From: an uncultured Bacilli bacterium | GTDB taxonomy: Bacteria; Bacillota_I; Bacilli_A; RF39; UBA660 | Reading direction: 5' to 3' | NCBI GenBank assembly: GCA_944350365.1 | Contig: CALVOU010000002.1 | Location: forward strand, 7,290 to 71,289 | Length of the DNA: 64,000 nucleotides | In this document: positions 1 through 8,518 of the stretch, in pieces | Layout: every line of letters begins with the position of its first letter | How positions within the stretch are numbered: position 1 is the first letter of the stretch | Program-made: the position numbers and the translations under genes | Notes under the pieces: generated by a model | The model's input: only the letters and a program-made list of their open reading frames with translations | The model's database searches: none | Told to the model about the DNA's origin: nothing

Positions 1-596
1 ACCCTCTTTTTGTAGAGTTAACCTCCAAGCTTGGTACTTATATAACAGTTGATTTATCCGATAAGATTCTTATTTCCATTTATATTGGTATTTTGTCTGG
101 AGTAACAACAGGTATGGTGTACAAAGTAGGTTTTAGTAATGGCGGCTTCGCAATTATCAGTGAAATTCTAGCTCGTTACAAGAAAATATCTATTTCTAAT
201 ACCAGTTTTGTTACAAATATGATTATCGTAGCGATCGGTGGATTTACTTTCGGTTGGGATATGGTCATGTATGCCGCCATAATTCTATATATTTACAGTA
301 TCGTATTAGATCGGGTATTGATCGGTGTATCTAAAAATAAATGTTTACATATTATGACATCAAAAGAGGAAGAAGTAAAAGCCTATATTATGAATGAACT
401 TCACCACGGAGTGACTATTTTTGAAGCACAAGGTGGCTATCAAGAAAAAAGAAGAAAAGCCTTAATGACCGTAATTCCTAATCGTGAATATTTCAAATTA
501 AAAGAAGGGATTAAAGCGATTGATAAGCAAGCCTTTTTCATCGTAACGGATTCTTATCAAGTATATGGTGGCGAATATAAAGAAAAGGAAGCGTAA
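1..596 (+). CDS. YitT/DUF2179-family membrane protein, 5' end truncated by the window edge (frame is open from nt 3)
   Basis: The frame is open from the window start. The C-terminal domain resembles YitT/DUF2179 (SIYIGILSGVTTGMVYKVGFSNGG...). A weak hairpin plus T-run follows at about 583-611. Confidence 0.6.
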   Translation, partial: PLFVELTSKLGTYITVDLSDKILISIYIGILSGVTTGMVYKVGFSNGGFAIISEILARYKKISISNTSFVTNMIIVAIGGFTFGWDMVMYAAIILYIYSIVLDRVLIGVSKNKCLHIMTSKEEEVKAYIMNELHHGVTIFEAQGGYQEKRRKALMTVIPNREYFKLKEGIKAIDKQAFFIVTDSYQVYGGEYKEKEA

Positions 597-735
597 CAAA
601 GCTTCTTTTTTCATGAAACAAAAAATGACAAGGAAATGTGTGAATTTAAGGAAAGAACTATAAATTTGTCGAAAAAAATGTTATAATATTTTTTATAAAA
701 ATAGATAAGAAAATAAGATAATTAGGTGGTAAAAA

Positions 736-1434
736 ATGGAATTAATAAGAATAAAGGATGTTAGTAAGCAATACCGTAATGGTGTTACCGCAATATATGA
801 CCTAAATTTAAGAATAAAAAAAGGCGATTTTGTCTTTATTATTGGGGGTACTGGTAGTGGAAAAAGTACATTAATAAAAATGCTATACCGAGAAGAAAAA
901 CCCACTAAAGGAGAAATTATTGTCGGTGGTTTAAATGTTGCGAAATTAAGAAACGGAAGAGTATATAAACTAAGAAGAAAGCTTGGAATTGTATTCCAAG
1001 ATTATCGTCTTCTACCCAAATCGACTGTTTATGAAAATGTAGCCTTCGCTTTAGAAGTCATCGGTGCCAAAAAAGAAGAGATTAATCAAAAAGTATTAAG
1101 AGCTCTAGAATTAGTTGGCTTAAAAGGAAAGGTGAGAAATTATCCTGATCAATTATCTGGTGGTGAACAACAAAGAGTTGCTATAGCTAGAGCGATAGTC
1201 AATGAACCTAAAATACTACTATGCGATGAACCAACCGGAAACCTTGATCCAGAAATGAGTATGGAAATCATGAAAGTACTTGAAGAAATCAACCAAACCT
1301 TGGGAACGACCATTGTAATGGCTACTCACGATAAAGATATTGTTAATAAAATGAATCGACGAGTCGTTATCTTAAAAGAAGGTCGCCTTGTAAAAGATGT
1401 AGAGAAAGGAGGCTATGATGATGAAGCCATTTAG
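736..1434 (+). CDS. ftsE: Cell-division ABC transporter ATP-binding protein FtsE
   Basis: Walker A GGTGSGKST, signature LSGGEQQRVAIARA, Walker B ILLCDEPTGNLD. It is 232 aa and is followed by an overlapping ftsX. Confidence 0.9.
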   Translation: MELIRIKDVSKQYRNGVTAIYDLNLRIKKGDFVFIIGGTGSGKSTLIKMLYREEKPTKGEIIVGGLNVAKLRNGRVYKLRRKLGIVFQDYRLLPKSTVYENVAFALEVIGAKKEEINQKVLRALELVGLKGKVRNYPDQLSGGEQQRVAIARAIVNEPKILLCDEPTGNLDPEMSMEIMKVLEEINQTLGTTIVMATHDKDIVNKMNRRVVILKEGRLVKDVEKGGYDDEAI

Positions 1435-2320
1435 AATGTTTTTTAGAAGCATTAGAGATGCCTTTAAAAGTGTGTTTAGGAATTTTAGTCTATCTTTAGC
1501 CTCAATTTCTTGTATCGCGATTACTTTAGTTATTGTCGCAATTGCGATCATGGCTTCTCTCAATGTCAATAATTTCACTAAAGTAATTAAAGAAGATGTT
1601 ACGATTGTCGTATATGTAAATCCAGAGGTTGCTTCATCAGAAATAGGCACAATAAAAGCAAAAATCGAACAACTAGACAACATCGCAACAATTGAATATA
1701 AATCAAAAGACCAATTAAAAGAAGAGATGCAAGCTACTTCACCTGCTTTAAATGAAGCAATGAAAAATTGGGGGGATGATGAAAATCCCTTAAAGGATAC
1801 ATTCTTAGTTACAGTAAAAGATATTGAACAGATCGACGAAACTAGTGATAAGATCGAAGAAATGAAAGAAATTGATTTTACTGACTATGGAGAAAAAATG
1901 GTCAATAAGTTAATATCTACCTTTAAGATTGTTGAAAAAGTTGTCGTTGTGACAGTTATTGCGTTAATCATCGTTACGGTTTTCTTAATTATCAATACAA
2001 TTAAGTTGACAATTTTCTCAAGAAAAAGAGAAATTTCTATCATGAGATTAGTTGGTGCTAGTAATTTTACGATAAAGATGCCATTCGTTATCGAAGGTAT
2101 GGTCCTAGGTATGTTAGGTTCTATCATTCCTATCGTAGTTACCATGTATGGCTACTTTGTCCTATACAATCATTTTGACGGAGAACTATTTTCGCCATTA
2201 TTAAGAATGATTAGTCCAGAACCATTTATTTATATCGTATCATTAATCATTTTAGGAATAGGAATCGTTGTTGGTATGATTGGAAGTTATCGAGCAGTAA
2301 GAAAATATCTCAAAGTATAA
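1415..2320 (+). CDS. ftsX: Cell-division permease FtsX
   Basis: The 301-aa protein has an N-terminal TM segment, a periplasmic loop and three C-terminal TM segments. It overlaps ftsE; the start may be the third ATG at 1421. Confidence 0.85.
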   Translation: MMMKPFRMFFRSIRDAFKSVFRNFSLSLASISCIAITLVIVAIAIMASLNVNNFTKVIKEDVTIVVYVNPEVASSEIGTIKAKIEQLDNIATIEYKSKDQLKEEMQATSPALNEAMKNWGDDENPLKDTFLVTVKDIEQIDETSDKIEEMKEIDFTDYGEKMVNKLISTFKIVEKVVVVTVIALIIVTVFLIINTIKLTIFSRKREISIMRLVGASNFTIKMPFVIEGMVLGMLGSIIPIVVTMYGYFVLYNHFDGELFSPLLRMISPEPFIYIVSLIILGIGIVVGMIGSYRAVRKYLKV

Positions 2321-2350
2321 TAATATAAAAAAAGCAAAGGAGATGATAAA

Positions 2351-3565
2351 GTGAAGAAAAAAAAACGCTTTCTGTCAGGATTATCTATCTTGTTGATAGT
2401 AAGTCTAATAATCATGCCTTTTACTTCAGTAAAAGCTGAAACGCTACAAGACTATAAAAATCAGTTGGCTAAATATAAAAAAGAACAACAAGAAAATAAT
2501 GATAAAATCAATGAAACAGAAGATAAAATAGAAAGTTCTAATCAAGAAATTGAAAGCATTAAACAAGAATTACAAGATATGACAGAAGAAATAGAACAAA
2601 TGCGTCAAGATATCATTACCTATAATAACGAAATTAAAGAAAAAGAAATCGAAAGTAAAGAAATCATTGCTTATTATCAAATGGCCCAAGGCGAAAACTT
2701 ATATTTAGAATATGCGTTTGGGGCAGAAACCATTACGGATTTAATTTATAGAATGTCGGTTGTAGAACAATTAGTGGAATATAATGAAAACACAATTAAA
2801 GAACTAAATAACATGATTAAAGCTAATGAGCAAAGAGAAGTAGAGTTAAACCAAAAAGAAGAAGAAATGACGCAAAGACAAGAAGAATTAACTCAACAAG
2901 TTACCGATTTAACCGGAGTCAAAGCTTCACTTAATGAAAACTCTGTATCAGTAGAAAAGCAAATAAAAATATATGAGGAACAGATTCAAGCCTATGAAGA
3001 GATGGGGTGTGATGATAACGATGTCATCGGACGCGATTGTGCTACCACAAGTAGTGTTGCCGGATGGTATCGTCCTATTGAAAGTGGCTATGTAACAAGT
3101 GAGTTTGGCTATCGTTGGGGAAGTCTTCATCGAGCTGTCGATGTATCCAATAGAAATCCTTATAGTACTAAGATATATCCGGTGGCTAACGGAATAATTA
3201 CAGCTGTCTACGATGATGATTATGGAGCGTTAACCGTAGTAATTGAGCATAAAACTGCATCTGGTCAATATTATTCTTCACTATATACTCATATGAGTTC
3301 TTATGCCCCTTACGTCGATGAAGGGGTGGAAGTAACAGTTAACGACTACCTCGGGTATATGGGCGCAACTGGGTATGCCTATGGACCACATCTCCATTTA
3401 GAAATTGCCCCATGTCGTTTATTTAATCAATATGATAAAAATTGTAATACTTGGGACAAGTATGTAAGCTATGTTACCAGAATTTATAATAATGGAACCT
3501 TTACTGGACCAAGAGAGTTAATTTATTTCCCTAAACAGAATGTATTCTTCTCCGGTAGAAGATAA
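2351..3565 (+). CDS. M23 family metallopeptidase with N-terminal coiled coil (EnvC/PcsB-like FtsEX-associated hydrolase)
   Basis: A signal peptide is followed by a long K/E/Q-rich coiled coil and a C-terminal M23 domain (HRAVDV, GPHLHLE). A GTG start follows AAGGAG. A terminator hairpin GTCGAT/ATCGAC lies at about 3580-3610. Confidence 0.8.
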   Translation: MKKKKRFLSGLSILLIVSLIIMPFTSVKAETLQDYKNQLAKYKKEQQENNDKINETEDKIESSNQEIESIKQELQDMTEEIEQMRQDIITYNNEIKEKEIESKEIIAYYQMAQGENLYLEYAFGAETITDLIYRMSVVEQLVEYNENTIKELNNMIKANEQREVELNQKEEEMTQRQEELTQQVTDLTGVKASLNENSVSVEKQIKIYEEQIQAYEEMGCDDNDVIGRDCATTSSVAGWYRPIESGYVTSEFGYRWGSLHRAVDVSNRNPYSTKIYPVANGIITAVYDDDYGALTVVIEHKTASGQYYSSLYTHMSSYAPYVDEGVEVTVNDYLGYMGATGYAYGPHLHLEIAPCRLFNQYDKNCNTWDKYVSYVTRIYNNGTFTGPRELIYFPKQNVFFSGRR

Positions 3566-3730
3566 AAAATAAAAGGAAAGAGGTCGATTTAAGATCGACT
3601 TTTCTTTTATTTAAAAGTAAAAAAAGTAACCCAGAAGTTATTAAGGTACCATGTTATCCTTGCTTCTCTATTTTCAAAGTGATAGAATAAGCGTATAGAT
3701 GAGGAAACCATCTTAAAGTGAGGAGAAAAA

Positions 3731-4420
3731 ATGAAAAAGAAAATATTAATTGGGGTTTTAGTTGTAATTATTATCGCTGTAGTTGCTATCTGCTATTTTG
3801 TTTTTAATGATGGAAAACAAGAACAAAAACTAAAAGATGAATTATTAGAAATCAGCAATTTGACTAATGTTACTCCAATTGACGTCGATGCAATTAATAA
3901 AAAACTAGAGGAAACAATAACAACTGGAGATTATGCTACTGTTGAAAAAGCGATGAAAAGTTATTTGAAAGATAGTTTTGACAATATGATTAGAATTGCT
4001 GAATTGCTAAACGATGATAGAATTACAGGAATACTTACTGCAGAAAACTACCAAGAAGACGGGCCAGACTTTGTGGAAACTAAAGCGTATATCACGTCTA
4101 CTATTCAAGAATTAGAAACTAGAAAAAATAGTTATCAAGAATATCTGACCGAAGAAAAAGCCATGTCTTATATCGAAAATAAAGGATTAGACGATTACTA
4201 CATTGATTTTTATAAAACTGAAATCGTCAAAGATATGGAAAGTGATGATACAACAGTGGCTGATTCCATTGATGGAGTAATTGAAATACTAAGAAATTCT
4301 GAGAAAGTAATTGATTTTCTGATTACCAATAAAGATAATTGGAAAATAGAAAATGACAGTGTTGTCTTTAGTAATGAAGACTTATCTAACCAATATATCA
4401 ATTTGATTTCACAGATATAA
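3731..4420 (+). CDS. Hypothetical membrane-anchored protein (single N-terminal TM)
   Basis: A 229-aa ORF with an N-terminal hydrophobic segment, its own putative promoter (TTGCTT-17-TAGAAT at about 3659-3687) and an RBS. No motif was recognised. Confidence 0.5.
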   Translation: MKKKILIGVLVVIIIAVVAICYFVFNDGKQEQKLKDELLEISNLTNVTPIDVDAINKKLEETITTGDYATVEKAMKSYLKDSFDNMIRIAELLNDDRITGILTAENYQEDGPDFVETKAYITSTIQELETRKNSYQEYLTEEKAMSYIENKGLDDYYIDFYKTEIVKDMESDDTTVADSIDGVIEILRNSEKVIDFLITNKDNWKIENDSVVFSNEDLSNQYINLISQI

Positions 4421-4440
4421 GAGCGTGAGCTCTTTTTTTG
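4420..4440 (+). terminator. Intrinsic terminator after the 3731 gene
   Basis: Hairpin AGAGC-gtga-GCTCT followed by TTTTTTT. It lies inside the ORF-track start (4425) of the next ORF, which argues for a downstream start at 4518. Confidence 0.5.
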
Positions 4441-4517
4441 TTTCTTCATTTACAGAAAATTTCTTTTCCAATGAAAAAAGAGCTGTTATAATAATAGGAA
4501 ATCAGGGAGAGTGTTGC

Positions 4518-6344
4518 ATGATGCTAAGGGGAAATATTGAAATTTATCAAGAAATAGATAAATGGCAAGCTAAGTACAAACTAACTCCAGAAGAAATAGA
4601 TGCTTTATATTTAAAAGATGGAGTCACTACTAAATCCTTAGAAAGGCAACTACAAGAATTAGAAAATAATTTAAAAGCATTAACCCCATCACGAGAAGAA
4701 AGATTGCTCCAAGCGATGTTTGGTGTAGAACCACGAGAAAATGAAGAAGAAAAACAGAAACTCCAAGAGGAAATCCAACATCTTAAACAAAAATTATCTG
4801 ATCCAGAGAGCTTTCTCGTTTATGCCACATCGCGAAAAAAACCTCGTTTAAGAACATATCCGACTAGTAATACAGAAGAAAAAGTATTTCAAGCGAATCT
4901 TTATTTAGCTAGAAAGCTAGCGATGATCTACTATTATAAAAGTGATAAAAACTATGAATACGATGATTTATTTCAAGAAGCAAGCGAAGCTCTACTACAA
5001 GCTGTTCACTACTATGTTCCTTTAGGAGAGGCAACTTTCAAAACCTATGCAACTAAATGTATAGAGAATCGCTTAAAAAGAGTAGTATTTCCTAAAAAGA
5101 AAAAGAGAAAACGATTAACAAGAAAAGAATACTACCAACAGGAATTAGATAACCTAGAACGATTATATTTATATATAGAAGCTAGATACATTCAAAAAGA
5201 TAATCTTTTTTTGGTAAACCATTATCCAGATGCTTGGCGAAAGGCAATTAGAAAATGGAATAGTGGAATTAAAATGTTTAATCGTGAAGTGCAAAATTTA
5301 GGTGAAGAAAATAGAGTACAGCCTAAAGTGAAAATCAGAAAAGAGAATTCTTATGAAGAATTTTTAGAAGAATTAATTTGCCTAGTAAAAGCCACTAATT
5401 TAGAAGAGCTTATTGATGAAGAAGATCGCCAAATGGTAAACTCATTACAAAACTTTAAGAAGATTAATTCAAAAGATAAGACGGTATTTACTATGTTAGA
5501 ATATATTCGCATTGCGCAAAAAAAATTAGAGGATATCCAATTGTATTTAGAAGTAGAAGCTTCTCTTCGTAATCAAGGACAAACGCCAACACTAGAATTA
5601 ATGGAAAAAGCTATGAATGAACGTGTAAAAAAGTTAAATTCTATGATTCGTTTTTACCAGAATGCACCGAGTTCCGCTAAGATAGAAGCCAATATATTGG
5701 ATAGAACATGGTACAGTATAGAATATTATGACCTATATAAAGTCGATATCTTCAATCCAGAAGATCGGGTAAAAGAATTTGAAGATATCCGAACTTTGAT
5801 AGTAGCGACACATAAAGAACCGCTTGATGAAGAAAGTATGATCAGAGAAGTTCAACAAGAGTTAATGGCAAGAAAACAGAAAGTATCTCAAGTAGTAGCT
5901 AGTGAGAACAAAAAGATATATGCGGAAAATAAGAAAAGACTACAATCTCACCAAGCCCTTCAAAGAAAAGGTAAGTATTATCGTAAATACACGTTAAAAG
6001 ATATCCAAGAAATAGAAAATAACATTACGATTCAGGAAAATAGCCACGAAGAATGGATCACTGAAGTTGAACAGAAAGAATCAACCACAACTCTCTCTGT
6101 AGAAGACGAAGCTATTCAGAATGTATTTTTAGAAGATTACTATAAAAGCTTAGAAGAACTTCCTGAACAAGAAAAAGAAATTTTAAAAAGATGGTACAAT
6201 TTTCTGGGAAAACATGAAATGAACGCCAAAGAGATTGCCGAAGAGTTAAATATTTCTCCTAGAATAGTTTATCAGAAAAAAGAACAGGCGTTAAAAAGAT
6301 TAGCTAAAGTAAAAAGATTAATAGCGTATCAAGAAAACGAATAG
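4518..6344 (+). CDS. Atypically large sigma-70-family RNA polymerase sigma factor (about 608 aa) with long insertions between conserved regions
   Basis: Region 2 is DDLFQEASEALLQAVHYYVPLGEATFKTYATKCIENRL. A region 3.0-like segment is LRNQGQTPTLELMEKAMNERVKKL. The region 4.2 HTH is LEELPEQEKEILKRWYNF...AKEIAEELNISPRIVYQKKEQALKRLAK. The RBS GGGAGAG lies 6 nt before ATG 4518. The K/E-rich low-complexity linkers total more than 300 aa. Confidence 0.7.
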   Translation: MMLRGNIEIYQEIDKWQAKYKLTPEEIDALYLKDGVTTKSLERQLQELENNLKALTPSREERLLQAMFGVEPRENEEEKQKLQEEIQHLKQKLSDPESFLVYATSRKKPRLRTYPTSNTEEKVFQANLYLARKLAMIYYYKSDKNYEYDDLFQEASEALLQAVHYYVPLGEATFKTYATKCIENRLKRVVFPKKKKRKRLTRKEYYQQELDNLERLYLYIEARYIQKDNLFLVNHYPDAWRKAIRKWNSGIKMFNREVQNLGEENRVQPKVKIRKENSYEEFLEELICLVKATNLEELIDEEDRQMVNSLQNFKKINSKDKTVFTMLEYIRIAQKKLEDIQLYLEVEASLRNQGQTPTLELMEKAMNERVKKLNSMIRFYQNAPSSAKIEANILDRTWYSIEYYDLYKVDIFNPEDRVKEFEDIRTLIVATHKEPLDEESMIREVQQELMARKQKVSQVVASENKKIYAENKKRLQSHQALQRKGKYYRKYTLKDIQEIENNITIQENSHEEWITEVEQKESTTTLSVEDEAIQNVFLEDYYKSLEELPEQEKEILKRWYNFLGKHEMNAKEIAEELNISPRIVYQKKEQALKRLAKVKRLIAYQENE

Positions 6345-6361
6345 AAAAAAGAGGTGAAAAC

Positions 6362-7429
6362 ATGAACTTTGATTGGCATATTTCTCATTATAACTATCAA
6401 GAAAAAGAAGACAATTTAAAAGCAAGTGCCTCTGGTGTTGTCAAAAGCGATAAGTTTTTTCCGATATTTTTAACTGAAGAAAAAACTAAGAAAGTATTTA
6501 AACCCCTATCAAAAACTAAACCCTTTTCCACTCCATACTTTGCGTATAGTGAAGTATTTTGGTCAACTGTAATTCACGATTATTTTGATCCACAAACCCC
6601 AGTCTATAAACTTGCGATTTGCGAAAATATAGAAACAGAATATAAAAACAAATACCATCATGGAACAGAAGTAGATTTATTAGAGAAAAAGGATCAGAAA
6701 ATAGTAAACTTATACGAAGTCTTCCTTAAACATCCTGATCCTAAAGTCAATATTAAAGACTACATTAATTTCTGTGAAAAGTTTTACGATTATCGCGCTA
6801 TCCTTGATTTAGAGTGGTTACAAAAAAATCCCCATTTAGGGAGGCAATTAGCTTATCAAACTCTTTTATCCATATTAAAATTAGATCAGAACTTTCACTA
6901 TGAAAATGTATTATGGTGGGAAAAAGATGATCAGATAACTTCTATCGTGCCATCTTTGGATCATGAGTTTTCAACGATGTTTCTTTACCTAGATCAATTG
7001 GATAAGAACCGTGATCGATTAAATAGAGGTTTATCTTCTTTAAGTGCCCCTAAAGAAAAAGAAGGGGATATTTTTGCACCCTTTTATTACGAAGCTTTCG
7101 CTGAATTAGCTAAAAATTTAGATTGGATTGTCACACATTATTCAGATACTACTATTCTGTTTTTAAAAAACTTAAAAAAGTGGCTTCATGACTTGAAACA
7201 GAATCCTTTTCAACTAGAAGATCATGGGTATCTAGTCCCATTTAATAGTTATAATTTCGAAGTAGGCCAGGCATTATATAAACAAAATAATCCCCAATTG
7301 GCAACTAATATAAAAGAAAATTTAACTCAATATAACCCAGATTTAAAAATGATAAATCAAGTAGTATATGATGAAGTTCTACTTACCAGTTGTACATTAG
7401 AACAAGAAATAAAAAAGCTAGTAAAATAA
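6362..7429 (+). CDS. Hypothetical 355-aa protein co-transcribed with the giant sigma factor
   Basis: It starts 18 bp after the sigma gene, with the RBS GAGGTG. It is soluble and has no recognisable family. A weak DH..FS segment (SLDHEFSTMF) was not assigned. Confidence 0.5.
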   Translation: MNFDWHISHYNYQEKEDNLKASASGVVKSDKFFPIFLTEEKTKKVFKPLSKTKPFSTPYFAYSEVFWSTVIHDYFDPQTPVYKLAICENIETEYKNKYHHGTEVDLLEKKDQKIVNLYEVFLKHPDPKVNIKDYINFCEKFYDYRAILDLEWLQKNPHLGRQLAYQTLLSILKLDQNFHYENVLWWEKDDQITSIVPSLDHEFSTMFLYLDQLDKNRDRLNRGLSSLSAPKEKEGDIFAPFYYEAFAELAKNLDWIVTHYSDTTILFLKNLKKWLHDLKQNPFQLEDHGYLVPFNSYNFEVGQALYKQNNPQLATNIKENLTQYNPDLKMINQVVYDEVLLTSCTLEQEIKKLVK

Positions 7430-7624
7430 TCTTTTTTCCATCAATATGAATAAAAAATAAGCGTTTCCCATATAAGTTTGGTGGAGAGTGGTCAAATGAA
7501 AATGGAAGATAGAAAAGGATACGAGGATATGGAATTTAATTTTCAGGGAAAACATCGGTTACAGAAAGTAATCAAATAAACATAACAAAATATGGGCAGA
7601 ATGGAATAAAGGAACCCCAAATAG

Positions 7625-7733
7625 AAAACACAAGAACCTATCGATATTGCGAATATGGTAGCTTTCTTATGTACAGAAGAAGCTAGATATTACTAGCCAA
7701 AATATTGGTGTTGATGGTGGATACATATTCTAA
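7625..7733 (+). pseudogene. Frameshifted remnant of the C-terminus of an SDR/FabG-type oxidoreductase
   Basis: Translation gives ...QEPIDIANMVAFLCTEEARYY* and, after a +1 shift, TSQNIGVDGGYIF*. This matches the classical SDR C-terminus (EIAnavaFLaSdeAsyITGQ.i.VDGG). No intact upstream catalytic domain exists. Confidence 0.5.
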
Positions 7734-7780
7734 AGAAGCACAAGCTTCCTTTTTTTGATATAATAACGGTGTGAAGGAAA

Positions 7781-8470
7781 ATGAAAAGAAATAAACGGTT
7801 AATAATTTTAGTGATTATCGTAATTTTAATTTTAGGTATAGTTTACTATTTTCTAGATTACTATAATTTAATTCCCAAAAAATATTATAGTGGAGAAGAC
7901 TTTAATATTGATTATGTATATAGTGATCATGATCAAGATAAAGATGAAGTAGATGACTATGTTGATTTGTTAAATGGTGCACGTAATTTCGTAGAACAAA
8001 ACCCTAAGTATAAAAGTGAATACTATGACGGAGGATATCCTCCTCCAGGAATAGGTGTATGTACAGATGTTGTTGCTGCAGCTTTCCTAGAAGCAGGTTA
8101 TGATTTACGAGGGCTAGTTGATCAAGACATTCGAACTCATCGCAAAGCATATCCAGAAATTAAAGTAATAGATAAAAATATTGATTATCGACGGGTTAGA
8201 AATTTAAAAATCTTTTTCGACAGAAATGCTTCCTCTTTAACAACAGATATGAAGCAAATAGAAAAGTGGCAAGGTGGAGATATTGTTATTTTCCCTAATC
8301 ATATTGCGGTTGTTTCTGATCGAAGAAATAAAGAAGGAATCCCTTATATTATTCATCATGGTGGTCAACCTGTCTATGAAGAAGATGCATTAAAACGTTA
8401 TAAAGGAAATATAATTGGCCATTATCGAATAGACTTTTCTAAACTTATATCTAAGGAAAGTATTAACTGA
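7781..8470 (+). CDS. Hypothetical membrane-anchored protein (possibly DUF1287-like)
   Basis: A 229-aa ORF with an N-terminal TM and a conserved-looking core (GVCTDVVAAAF...IVIFPNHIAVV...IIHHGG). The family name is from memory only. Confidence 0.45.
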   Translation: MKRNKRLIILVIIVILILGIVYYFLDYYNLIPKKYYSGEDFNIDYVYSDHDQDKDEVDDYVDLLNGARNFVEQNPKYKSEYYDGGYPPPGIGVCTDVVAAAFLEAGYDLRGLVDQDIRTHRKAYPEIKVIDKNIDYRRVRNLKIFFDRNASSLTTDMKQIEKWQGGDIVIFPNHIAVVSDRRNKEGIPYIIHHGGQPVYEEDALKRYKGNIIGHYRIDFSKLISKESIN

Positions 8471-8518
8471 TTACCCAATCATCCCTAAAAAATATTAGTG
8501 ACTAATAGACTAACTATT

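Noticed and set aside
693-905. Antisense 70-aa ORF overlapping the ftsE start and promoter. It is representative of many short antisense ORFs in the track, e.g. 1372-1683, 1885-2145, 2948-3130, 4210-4449, 11343-11543, 12271-12750, 16976-17260, 17778-18005, 27352-27573, 30106-30402, 31272-31469, 42079-42294, 42519-42716, 43358-43561, 44689-44994, 45237-45461, 46889-47125, 47268-47480, 47792-48112, 48866-49054, 50802-51265, 52386-52577, 55578-55886, 57419-57625, 59734-59952
   Set aside because: All lie inside or antisense to well-supported conserved genes and have low-complexity translations without RBSs. They are judged to be chance ORFs in AT-rich DNA.
4425-4517. ORF-track start of the sigma ORF at 4425 (MSSFFVSSFTENFF...)
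   Set aside because: This segment overlaps the intrinsic terminator hairpin and T-run at 4420-4440 and has no RBS. The ATG at 4518 has a GGGAGAG RBS and is used instead.
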